A DNA stretch of 64,000 bases. It comes from Amphiscolops sp. MND2022 (Eukaryota). Where the stretch lies: NCBI GenBank assembly GCA_964187785.1, contig OZ076409.1, forward strand, positions 60,080,001-60,144,000. The letters run 5' to 3'. The notes below the pieces were generated by a model that was not told the DNA's origin, did not search any database, and saw only the letters and a program-made list of their open reading frames with translations. Positions 28,300 through 40,059 of the stretch are shown piece by piece. The first letter of the stretch is position 1. Each line of letters starts with the position of its first letter. The translations under genes and the position numbers were made by a program.

Positions 28300-29438
28300 T
28301 GGTGACAGGAGCTAACGAAACCCAACAGCCAATTCCCGAATTCCTGTCCGGACGAATCCACTCAATCCCAAACCTGGAGAGACAACAATCTAACCACAAT
28401 GTCTCTCTGGATACGACTCTGCCAGCTCCAGACCCTGAGGTCCCAGAGTCAACCCAGGACCCGCTCAACAGATTGGCTGACGTATTAGTCAATCTGCAAA
28501 ACAAACCACAAACGATGACCATCCGACCAGTCCAAACCACACCAATGACATTTGACGGGAAAAGTGAAAAATTTGAACTTTTTGAGGACCTGTTCCACAC
28601 AATGATCAAAATGCAACCGGCCATGACAGAGCAAATGAAAATTAACCATTTTCACTCCTTGCTCAGGAAAGGGGCCCTACAAACTTTCAGGAACATAAAC
28701 TCAATTAACCGTCAAACACTTGAGGACGTACTGGTCATATTCCGGAGGAAATACGTCAAACCGGAATCCCAAGCAACGGCAAAACATAAATGGCATCGGC
28801 TCACTTTTGACCCCAACACCATGAAATTGCCAGATTTCTTGGAAGAACTGAACCAGGGGGCAGAAAAAGCATTTGGCGAAAATGCAAAGAGCATGATTGA
28901 CAGCTTATTGTACGCAAAATTGCCTCCAAAACTCAAACGATCTGTCAACATGGCCCGCCTGGAGAACGGTACATACGAAGAAATTGTCGCTCATCTTGAA
29001 AGAGAGCTTGAACTCAATGCATTGGAAGAGTCTGATGACTTACCAATGGCCACCATGGCCTCTGCGTCTACCAGCAACAACAATTTGCTGTCGAACGGCA
29101 TAAATACCAATAAAGACGCACAATGCTCTTATTGCAAAGCCACAGGCCACTTTTATAAGAGCTGCCCCAAACTGAAAAAGAAGACGGAATTGGAGGACAA
29201 AAATGGCAAAAAGCCCCAACGCCCTACATACCCAGAATGCCCTACTTGCGGAAAGAAAAATCACCCCGTTGAGAGATGCTGGAAAGGGGCTGGAGCACAT
29301 TTACGCCCCAAAAGGACACGTCCTGAAGATAAGGCTGATGACACCTCTGGAGATGAAAAATCATACAAGAAGTCAACTAGCCCCGAAACCACATCTTCAA
29401 GTCATTCATCTTCTCGAAAAACCGATTCAAAAAACTAA
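27751..29438 (+). pseudogene. gag: Gag (~562 aa reconstructed; one 1-bp deletion at ~28116)
   Basis: ORFs 27736-28140 and 28137-29438 fuse when the A present in the 3' LTR copy (AGGGTTATTCCC) is restored. Capsid-like region TFDGKSEKFELFEDLF...HFHSLLRKGAL. Two CCHC knuckles: CSYCKATGHFYKSC and CPTCGKKNHPVERC. Confidence 0.92.
28300..28312 (+). promoter_or_regulatory. Primer-binding site, tRNA-Leu-like
   Basis: TGGTGACAGGAGC immediately follows the LTR terminal CA. It resembles the TGGTGTCAGGAG type complementary to a tRNA-Leu 3' end; the tRNA identity is tentative. Confidence 0.8.
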
Positions 29439-32400
29439 TTTCGCCACGACTCCAAGTTTCCAACCAGATGTCAGTGCGACAATATGTCATATCTGACCCA
29501 CCAAACATTATTTATAAACAAACTCAAAACGATACCACAGGAATGCCATCGACTGTCTGGCAGCAGCAAATGGCCAACGCCCGCATGGAAACTCAACATA
29601 TTATCCATAGCGACCACCCATACTTATATAGACGTACTAGCTACGACAACGACTCGGAAACTCACTTTCGCCCCTTACAAACTGTCGAAGATTATAACCC
29701 TCAATACTATGACCCCGAGTATGGCAAAGACCCGTACTGGGACGAAGAACTATATGACAAAACCAATTTACAATTTCGAAACGAAGATTACCCTCCAACT
29801 GACGACGAGGACGACCCAGACATTGAAGACAACACACTGTCTCGGGCCCTCATTGATCTTTGGCAGCCAAATTTTGATGCAATAATACAAGGAGTAGACG
29901 CCACTCAACAACAGGAAGGCCACAAAGCCTCTAACAGCCTTTTAGATGAAACGGCCTTCCTGCATCTCTTAGTGGCCAAGGAAGGAGAGCCATCCTACGT
30001 TCCCCTTTCAACAAACCTTGGGCTCAAATTTAAAAGACGAATGCTCTATTTCCCAATGGATTTTGGAGAGTTAACCCTAGACGGCCTAATCGACACTGGA
30101 GCCCACTCCAGTGCAATACCGGAAGCAGACCTTAGAAAGATACGCCTATTGGCCCCCCAGTCGATAGTAAAAGAAGGCCCTGCTCCATCTTTCCAAATAA
30201 TGGTCGCAAATGGTGATTTAGAAACCCCAAAGAGCACAGTCGAACTAAAATTGGAGGTGGGAGACATAGAATTTCATGAAATCTTCATTGTAATGGAAAA
30301 ACTGTCTAGCCCCATAATTGGACTGATGTTGCTGCAGAGGAACCACACCGTCCTGGACATGCGCCAAGGTATACTCAATTTCCCTTACTTCTCGATGCAA
30401 TTAAAAACGGCCGACCACAAGTATTCCAATGTAATGGAGCCAATTCTCAACCCTGAAGACATCACCATTCCTCCGAATGACCTTGCAGTCATCTCTATAC
30501 AGTCCCAGATCTATGCCGAAAATGCAGTCACGGGGATATTACAACCCAGTGACCTCCTCCATGAGGAAGGCGACGTCACATTTTGCGCCGCCATAGTCAC
30601 ATTGCACGAAGGGACTATGAACATACATGTCAATAATTTCACTGATCAACCCTACAAACTTAAGAAAGGGTTACATATTGCGAACTTCTCAGTGATGACT
30701 CCTGAACAAATGAAACATGTCCGACCAATAGACCCGGTGTCCACCTGGCATCTATTGAACGGAAATGAGGAAGACGCCATTTACTATTTTAGCAGCCTTC
30801 TTAAGGCCAATAAAAACAACGACCAATATGAACAGTATTGGTTCCCGACACCTGAGAACCCAGGGGACGAAACAACACATACGCCCATCCAGCAAAGAAT
30901 TCACAGAGAATTACGAAATCTAAAAGATATAGAAAATCTTAACCCGCAAGACAATGCTGAATCTAGACAAAAATTCCTTAGCAATTTTGACTGGAAGGAT
31001 TCAATGCTACAACAGCATGAAATCAAACAAATAGAAGCTCTTTTGGTAGAATTTAATGACATCTTCGCCCGACACAGATTTGATATCGGCGTCAACGAGG
31101 AATTTACGGTCAAATTGACCCCGAAGGACGATTCATCAGCTTATAGCCGGAGCTTACCTACCCCAGTCAATCTCAAAGAGGATATATTGGTGGAACTGGC
31201 TTTACTTCATAAATATGGTATTATAACGACACTACCATTCTCAAAGTATGCCAGCCCCATATTCGCCCAGAAAAAACCCAATGGCAAATTAAGACTACTG
31301 GTTGACTTGAGGAAAATTAATAATCTCATATCTGACGATTATATCAATAACAATCACCCAGTCAGCACCTTAACGGATGCCGCGCAGCATATGGCCGGGA
31401 AAAAGCTTTTCTGCAAACTTGATTGCTCGCAGGCCTATCATTGTCTCCCAATGGCCGACCAGAGGTCTATTGAAATGCTCGCTTTCAATTTTGCTAGCAG
31501 GACCTTTGCCTACCGCAGATTGGCGCAAGGCCTCAGCAGAGCCTTATCGGCTTTCTCCAGTTTTATGCGAGAGTATTTAGACCGGGTGATCAAAGCAGAT
31601 CAATGCGCACAATATGTGGACGACATTGGCATCGCAGCCAATGATGCCGAACATCTCATAACCAACCTCAGGGCTCCTTTTGAATGTATCAGACAAGCCG
31701 GACTCAAACTGTCCATGCACAAGTGCCACTTTGGCACTACCGAAATTGACTTTCTAGGGAGAACCATTACCCCTGAAGGTGTAAAACCCCAAAAAGAAAG
31801 AATCACTAACTTCTTGGAAAAGACGAAATTCCCAAAGTCCAAGAAGGCCTTACAACGCTATCTTGGTTTCCTCAATTACTACAGGAATTATATTCCAAGG
31901 CTATCCGAAAAACTAGTTCCCTTCTTCCAATTGCTCAAAAAAGATGAGAAGGTACTAGTGACGCGAGAGCTGGTTGAACAATTTACTGAGATCAACCGCG
32001 ATTTAGACCGATGTAGTCAATTGGCGTTGAAACAACCTCTGCCGAACAAACAACTGGTCCTCATGACTGACGCAAGTTTTACAGCAGCCGGTTACGCCAT
32101 ATTGACCGAAGACGACCCAAATCAAAAACACACTTCTGTTAAAAAATCCTATGCGCCGATTGCATACGGATCTAAAACTTTCACGCCTTCTCAGCTCAAA
32201 ATGTCGATATATGCAAAGGAATTCCTAGCTATATATTATGCATTTAGAGACTTTGGACATATATTCTGGGGAACACCTCAACCTGTGATTATTCTCACAG
32301 ATAACAAATCGGTTACGAGGTTCTTCCAAACCAAGATAATTCCACCGCCACTTTGGAATGCTTGTGATTTTGTAATTCAGTTCAACTTCATCATAGCTCA

Positions 32401-34541
32401 CATTCCAGGCAAGAACAACACAGCGGCAGACTACCTGTCCCGCAGGGAAATGGACCCCACTGAAAAGTTGGTCCTGAAAATACGAGAGGACGTAGAAACT
32501 AGACCGATCGAAGTCAATGTCCAATCGGCCGGCGTGTCAGAGGAAGAGCAAATTTTCTTCACTGAGGAGGACAACGAAACAGAAGAACAGATTTGGGAAC
32601 GGAAAAAACAATCCAAAAAAGGACTCATGGTCCCTGAGACAGTCATCCACATTGATGCCATATCGGAAAATACAATAGAAGAAATTACCAATTTCACACA
32701 AAAATTACGACGAACTAACCAGATACATACTGCTTGAACAGTGTAAAGACCCGATTCTGCTCCAATTGAAAGCAAAACTTCAAAAGGAAGAATTTGCTGA
32801 AGAAATCCTACAACAAGATATTCGGTATAAGTACTATTTGAACAATATAGACCGAATAGTCCTTAAAGACGAAATTGTGACAAGACAGTACTATGACGAA
32901 ATTGGCCAGATCAAATATCATCAAATTCTGTTACCGAAGCACTTAGTTCAAGAACTATTACAAGCAATACATGGTACAGCACATCGCCATCCAGGCATTT
33001 CTAAAATGCTACAGGAAATTCGCCAAAAATATTACTACCCAGGAATTGCAAAACATGTCAAAAAAAGGGTCGAAGGATGCGAAACATGTGCCAAGGACAA
33101 AAGGGCCCCCAACACGGTAATTACCCCAGAATTACTAAATTTGCCCGAATGGGACCTAGGGCCAGAAGATGCCATGCAAATTGACTTATTACCAAATTTA
33201 CCAACCAGCGGCGGATACCAAACAGTGATGACTGCAATAGACGTATTTTCAAGATATCTTTTTGCCTAGCCACTCACTGAGGCAACAGCCGCAAATGTAG
33301 CTAAAGTCATTATCGATATAATGACAAAACACTCGTATTTGCCAACAACACTCATCACGGACAAGGGGTCCGCATTTACCTCAAAAATTTTAGAAGAAAT
33401 TACTGAGATATTGGGAATCACACTGAAATGCGCCACTACTAAACACCCGCAAACTATTGGCAAACTTGAAAGGACTCACGCCTCTTTAAAAACCAACCTG
33501 AAGATGGCCTCAGGGGAATATCGTCGTCAATGGCACAAATATTTACCATTAGCAGTGCTCAACTATAACACTACTTATCACGCTAGTAATGGTTGTGAGC
33601 CTAGCAAAGTCTTCCATGGCCGAATCCCCTACAATGTCCTTGATCATAAATTAGGAAATAACCCTAATAAAAATTTCCTACCAACAACTGAATTTGCGGA
33701 AGAATTACAGCAGAGGACGCAAATCCTCATTGATCAGACAAAAAAGAATATTATGCAGTCGTATTTAAAGTACAAGGAGTACTACGACCGCAAGGCCAAA
33801 GCGGCTCCGCTACAAGAGAAAGACTACTGTTTTGTTCTTCAACCGAAAGCGGATAGTCAAGGCTCCAAAATACCATTTAGGGACTTCCGATGGATTGGTC
33901 CCTTTGTCGTCCAAAAAACCCTACCAAATAACAATTATATAGTGCGTCGTTTAAATACGAATAAAACGCAGATCTTGCACCGGATCAGGCTCAAAAACTT
34001 TGTTCCAAACACCCCATTAGAGGACAAATTTAAAGAAGAGAAATTACAGCCTGATGAGGAGATAGTAATACCGCAAGATGATTTGTATACCATCTCATGG
34101 GAAGCGGACTTTGAGTACGAGCTATTCGAGCCGAAGACAAATGATTGGCCACACACGGCCACGCGTCTGCCACAGGACGCCGCGAACGGAGAAGTCGACT
34201 ATTACGTCACCGAGAATGAAAGCAGCAGCGTAAACGAAAGTGAGCGCAGCAGCGAGAGAATGAATGACAATGACGTCAACGAGAATGAAGTACGGCCAAG
34301 ATCGGCCAGCATCCGTGACGCGTCGTCCCCTCCGAGCGAATCGCCTAGTAGGACGGAAAATGAAAATGACGTCACAAATGATTTAGAAAATGAGAAAATT
34401 GCTTCAAAAGGAGGCGTAGATATTACCGTGCCCGGAATATCGGAAAATGAAAGAAATGAGGAAAATCCTAGCCCTAGAGGAGGGAAATGTTATCTTCGAC
34501 CTAACCCCAACCCCAACTTTACTGATGAATAAAGATACTAG
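29435..34541 (+). pseudogene. pol: Pol polyprotein (protease, RT, RNase H, integrase) with few lesions
   Basis: Protease LIDTGA; RT LRLLVDLRKIN, KLDCSQAYH, YVDD; RNase H LMTDAS, YAKEFLA, ILTDNK, ADYLSR; integrase HGTAHRHPG...CETC, QIDL, ITDKG, KLERTH. Lesions: 4-bp ATAC duplication at 32723-32730, in-frame TAG at 33267-33269, probable premature TAA at 34530-34532 (FTDE*RY*). Confidence 0.95.
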
Positions 34542-34766
34542 TCAAATATGTAAATTAAAGTCCCGGAGGTTTCTTGGACTAAAATGGACACCAATTCTGT
34601 TGGGACTACTCCGACTGTGAATTTTAACACAAACGTACTGTTGACAATAAAAGACTCATTGGCACATAAATTAACACCAAAAATAAAGGCAGACGAAATA
34701 AATAACACGCGAAGTTTGTGATAAATACATAAAAACAGATAAAACACAAATGTACATTATGTACAT

Positions 34767-37700
34767 TTAAGGCTTAGATGCAGATTGCACGGGCCCTGGA
34801 GTAGAGGAACCTCCCATCGGTGGTGATGCTGATCGGAAACCTACTTTCCGTTTCCCCTTCCCAGGAGACTCTTTTCGACGCTTGCTAGTAGTAGGTGAGG
34901 TGGACCTGGAGGCCGAGCGACTGGAAGATGGCGACTTGGTTTTCTGTGAGAGAGACTTATGCTTCTGCCAAAGAATCTTGTAGAAATGAGCTTTTCCAAA
35001 TACATCAACATGAGTCCAAGGGTCTCCAGCCACATTGCCTGTGTTGAATTCCTGCTCTATCTCTCGTAACTTGCTGAGAGAATCATCCTTGGTGCAAATG
35101 GATAAAGCTTCAGTAACCCGGGCCAGGTAGGATTGTGCAGGCAAAAGGACATCTCCCCAACTACACTTTGGCCTTTGAGCGTGAACATCGTGGAAGCGGA
35201 TGGGGGGAAGCAAAGGAGTGTTTTCAGTTAAGCACATACAGCTTAATTGGAACAGGCGGTAAAGATGAGCCCGATTACGGAGTTCAGGCATGGAAGAAAG
35301 CAAATTGATCATGTCGGGAATACCGTTAGGGGCGTCCTTCAAAGAATGGTAGGCCTGGCGGAAATGTCCAATAAAATCCAGGTACTCATCGCGGCAGTCA
35401 TTTTCAGGCGAACCTTCAAGCCAACCTCGGAGACTGAAACTCTGGTAAAGCGCACTGAAACAAAAGTTGGCTTGCTCGAGCGGTAGACACAAGAGGATGC
35501 TAGGGTCGAAGCAGGCCATCCCACACACAATGTTGGCGTTTAGACTAACATGGCCCAGAAAGTTCTCTAAGAGGGGTACAATATAACTCCTCGCCTTAGC
35601 TACAAACTTCTCCTTAGCCTCTTCAACCAATGAGGTCATGTTGGAAATAGGCCCCTCTTGGTCACAATGGTCTCGTTTCACCTTGGCTGTTGCGGCAGCA
35701 TCCAGGTCTTGCTTTAACCTCAACCGAGTGAGGAAATCTCGAGAGGACAATTGACGGAGATCAGCAGTTCGGAGCACGGGCAACTGCGTCCAGTCAGTAT
35801 CTTTGGGGAGGTGCTTTGGTAAGAGGGCCCGATAACAGAGTTTTCTTACAAAGTTGTTCAGCTGGCCGAAGGTAAAAAACCCCGAATCTCGGTGTCCCAC
35901 CAGGCTCCTTTCGAAACAGATGTTATCTAAACAGTGAGAACGAATAATAGCAAACTGCCCTCAACGTCTCCTGGACTTACCAGACTAGTTCTCCTCCCTT
36001 AAACATGAAGTATGAAGCCTAGACAAAAGATACTTACAATCGTACACGATTCTTCCGTAGAACTCCAATTTCAGCAAGAAGAAGTCGTCGCTGATGATTT
36101 GCCACTCAAGGCTTTGTGGCTAAAAGGAAACAAGAATCACCAGCTATGATCGGGCTATAAGGGGGTAGGAATCAAACCATGACCTAAACCAGCTAATAAG
36201 GCAAAATTCCAACCTTGTTCTTGACTCCAGCCATTTCATAATTGGGTGCAATCAGAGTGATGTGGTCCAAGAATGCTGTCCAATTCACTATGATCTCCGA
36301 GCATATGGTGGGGATAGAAAGGAGACGCAAATCCCAATTGCTAATGGCCCACAAAACAACCTGACGTGATAAAAATGTACGAGGAACTCGACTTTGAAGC
36401 CCAAAGCATAAAAACCAACCTTAGAGAGTTCAGGGGCTTTGACCATCCAAGGCTCGTCCAAACTGTGGGTTAGATATGCCAGCAGATATTTGAGTTGCGA
36501 ATAAAAATCGATTCGCCCAAAAACACTTCCTTCTCGTTTGTGCATAAGTTTGTGGAGAGATGTCACTTGGTAACGAAAAGGGTACTCGATACTCTTCTTT
36601 AACAAGGAAGACTCCTCAACGGCACGAAGAACACTAGCAGTACATCCACTCATGCAGACTATCTGGGGGGCTGTGGACAAGAGTGACAAGAGTCGTGCCA
36701 CGACGAGTAATTGACTTCGATCAGGATCAGCGGCCAGGCTGTACTGGAATAACTGGAGCTTCACGAAAAACCCTAACTTCCAGTAACGGAGCGATGCAAT
36801 CTCCTTGCTTCCCTGTGGCTCAAATTCGATCGAATATAGTCCGCTGTCATTAACTGTCTGCGCCACATCCTCCATTCCACGTAGGAAAACGTGATGGAAA
36901 ATAGCCTGAAACAGAATTCTTACTTAAAAGAATATAGAGGACGAATAGTTTGTTATGGATCCTTCCCCTTTTTCCCCAAACCCATAATTAAAGATGAGGT
37001 CAGTTAACGCTACACATACCGTGATTCTGGTGGAACTCCAGTCAAGATTCCCGAACAGCTCCTGGTGATTAGTGAAATTGCCGACCTCTGTCCAGAGTCC
37101 TTGCAGGGTCGCGAGATCGCCGAAGTACGGGACAAACCGCCCAATCAGAGATATTTGAGTCCCTGACCGGATGTCTTCAAAATTAGTCAATCCCCCTGCA
37201 CTTGACATATATTCGTCATAGAAGGGGAACCGTGGGCCGATGTCAACTAGAGGAACTGACTCAAATAGTGGCTTTTCTTTCTCCAGCTCAAACAGGGTAA
37301 GGATGTGCCCATCTCTTCCTCTGACGGAATGAATGACGTTGCCAGAAATTTTGTCGACCTTGCCAAAATGCTCAAACCTCCATCGCTGGTCTCTACGCAA
37401 ATGGCCCTCGGAGCTGTAATGCCGGATGATCTCTCGTGCACCTTTCGAATATATAGATACGTTGGTCTTACATATCTGGCAATAAAATTTGTGCTTGTTA
37501 TGCACGGGGTCAAGGGGGCCGGTTACAAACACTTTTGTCCACTGTATTCCCTTGAAGTAGGAGGACTTCATCACCTTGCCAGGTCGTGGTTGCAGTTTGC
37601 GCCTTTTTTGAGGAGGGCTAACTTCGGAATGTTGATGCTTGGTTTGTGGACACATCTGACAGAGAGGCTCATAGTCGCCCTCGCTGTACCCTGGACTAGG

Positions 37701-38794
37701 GATGGTGACATCTCCTGATTGTGATGTCACGTTTTCTCTCCTCGTCGCAAGTGTTTGAGTTGCGGAGGTACTTGCATCGGAATCAACTTCCTGACCGAGA
37801 ATTGTACCGGTTATGTCTTCATCAGTCTCATATGCTCCGCTGGTATACCCGTCAGTCGTATAGCCTTCACTGTCCGATTCCCCTTCAGAACTAGCTGATG
37901 TGGCCCTTGCAGGAGGCTTCCTCGGATCAGAGCTTTTCTAAGCTGCCCTGTAGTGTGTCCCTTTCCTCCGTGGACAGCATGCAAAACCAACGACCGCATG
38001 GCATGCAGAGAAGACTTCACAGTTTCATCCGAAATTGTTTTTAGCACGGCATGAATTTGGGGTTCGGTGAACGCAACTGTAGTATGTCCCCGAGGAAGGT
38101 CAACGGGGGCACTTTGAGCGAAATGTTTACGCAGCATAATTCGCCCATTAGCTGACAACTCCGTTGGCAGGGAGGGCCCTTTCTGTGATGAAGGTCCTTG
38201 TTGACTGGTGGTGTTTGAACATTCGGGCTCTGGGGATTTTCCTGGTGCAGTTTGTGGATCAAGTTCAACTATGCTGGATGTGGGCCTGTCAGTCAATCCG
38301 TCCACGCCCGCACTGTCGTAGACGCTTTCAACTTCACTGGCATCCGTCTCAAAATAACATTTTCTCTGCTCTTCTCCGATGTCAAAAGTACCAAGATCGA
38401 ACAAGTCGGCTTTCTTCTGTTGTCCAATGTTGGCCTGCTCTGTTCCAGACTGTGAGGCGGATAGGGCCTCTGACTCAGAAACCTTGGGAGGATGTGGGCC
38501 TGCCTCTCCTTGGGGGAAACCTTCGCTTGGTGCTGACAAAAATGTGACGTCCAAACTAGAATCCATCTGAGCTAAGTGATGTAAGGTCTGTTCCGCGAAT
38601 GTGGAAAGGCTCTCTTCAGTGTTGCCACTGCTCGAAGATAGGTTGGACAAAGGACGAACTCCAGGGAGGACATCTATCTCAGTCGGTCTCTTCCCTTGGG
38701 AAGGGTCAGCATGCCGCTCTGGCAAGCCTTGGACAGGAACGCCGGGACCAGCAGTAGTCAATTCACTATTTTCAGTTTGCTGTTCAGTCGCCAT
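34767..38794 (-). CDS. Spliced antisense accessory gene; hAT-transposase-like protein with BED-like zinc finger (~1216 aa; one frameshift at ~37915)
   Basis: Exons 38794-37020, 36905-36420, 36360-36214, 36119-36038 and 35926-34767. GT-AG introns of 114, 59, 94 and 111 nt join these exons in frame with no internal stops. Zinc-finger motif CQICKTNVSIYSKGAREIIRHYSSEGH. Confidence 0.85.
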
Positions 38795-40059
38795 GCCTAA
38801 GCAAAAGGAAATAAAATCAAGCGGGAACCTTCCTGAATAAGAATCCATCACCGCTTTAAAAATATTCTTCCGGAAGTGAATAATCTGAACTCGAGTGAAC
38901 ACTAGAGTTATTGGACAGGAAGTACGTGAACGGAAGAGAGTTCTGATCAAACCTCAAAAGTTCAATTTTGAAACAGAAAACTGAAAAGAAACCTTAGCCT
39001 ACTGACCTGTTTGAGCGTGGTCTCCAGGGAACTTGTTGTCGGTGTCCTCCATGAGAAAGGATGTATTGAGACAAATTGTTGTTGCTCGGTGCAGATGGTA
39101 AGATCACTGTGGTGGGAGTCGCAAAGCTGGGGACTGGATGTCGATTTTCCGCAGTGTTCCAGAAGAATCCACACGGATAAGGACGAGTGGACACTGAGTC
39201 CAGGGATGAAGCCGGAATGTAATGGAATGAAAATATAAATAGAAGTGACCTAAAGTCTAACTATCGACTAAAATAGAAGTGGATAAGTACAATGATGGTT
39301 AAATACCGGATAATAGAAGAACAAAAAGTTAAATTGAAAGTAAGGAATTGAAAAGACGAATAGGCGATGTGACAAGATGTCAAGATTGGAGTTCGTGGCT
39401 ATACAGTTTGGTGTCAAATTCATTGCTATTTACAATTTATGGCATTATGTGGATAGAGTCTGCCAGCGATATCTACATTTTCCTTATTTATTTCGAAAAC
39501 TTTATTTCGCAAAGTTATTTCATGATTTTATTTTATTTTATTTTACTTTATTTTGTTTTCAAGGCCATATTATTTTATTCCTTATATGGATTTACGGCCT
39601 TGGATCGCCATTTTATCAATGGAATCATATTTACGAAATTTGATTGGTTACCACCAGGAAGGCGAGACAGCGTGGCCTCCGACCGAATTCTCACCCTCTT
39701 AAAACTTTCAAAAGGACTATGAGTGTTAATAAACACTCATCTCGGTACTTAAGAAGTGAAGGTGATGATGAGGGCCATGAGTGTCAATACTGCCGCTGTC
39801 GGCAATTTCAAAGTGATTATAATAACTAGTTAAAAGAAAGTTACCCGGAAAATTTTGTTATTGAAAAATAACTCGGAATCGAAAAAGGAAAACCCGGGGA
39901 ATAGCAAACCGGGAGGCAACGAGACTCAGCGGACTGATAAGAGAAACGATCGCCATTATTAATTTTTCAATCGATCAGATCAGTCGCTCTAGAAAAGCCA
40001 CCTCGACTTGAAACTCTTACATTATCAAAATTGCCAAGAAAATATTAAAAACCAGATCA

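Noticed and set aside
34640..34705. Three plus-strand AATAAA after pol as an internal polyadenylation site
   Set aside because: They are equally explained as the complement of the U-rich 3' UTR of the antisense gene and cannot be resolved without 3'-end data.
28295..38840. Short opposite-strand ORFs overlapping gag, pol and the antisense gene
   Set aside because: They are shadow frames of real coding sequence with no independent motifs.
34542..39300. Independent hAT DNA transposon nested in the Gypsy element
   Set aside because: No TIRs or 8-bp TSD were seen around the gene, the catalytic motifs are replaced while the frame is kept, and it packs tightly tail-to-tail with pol (225 bp). Not fully excluded without other copies.
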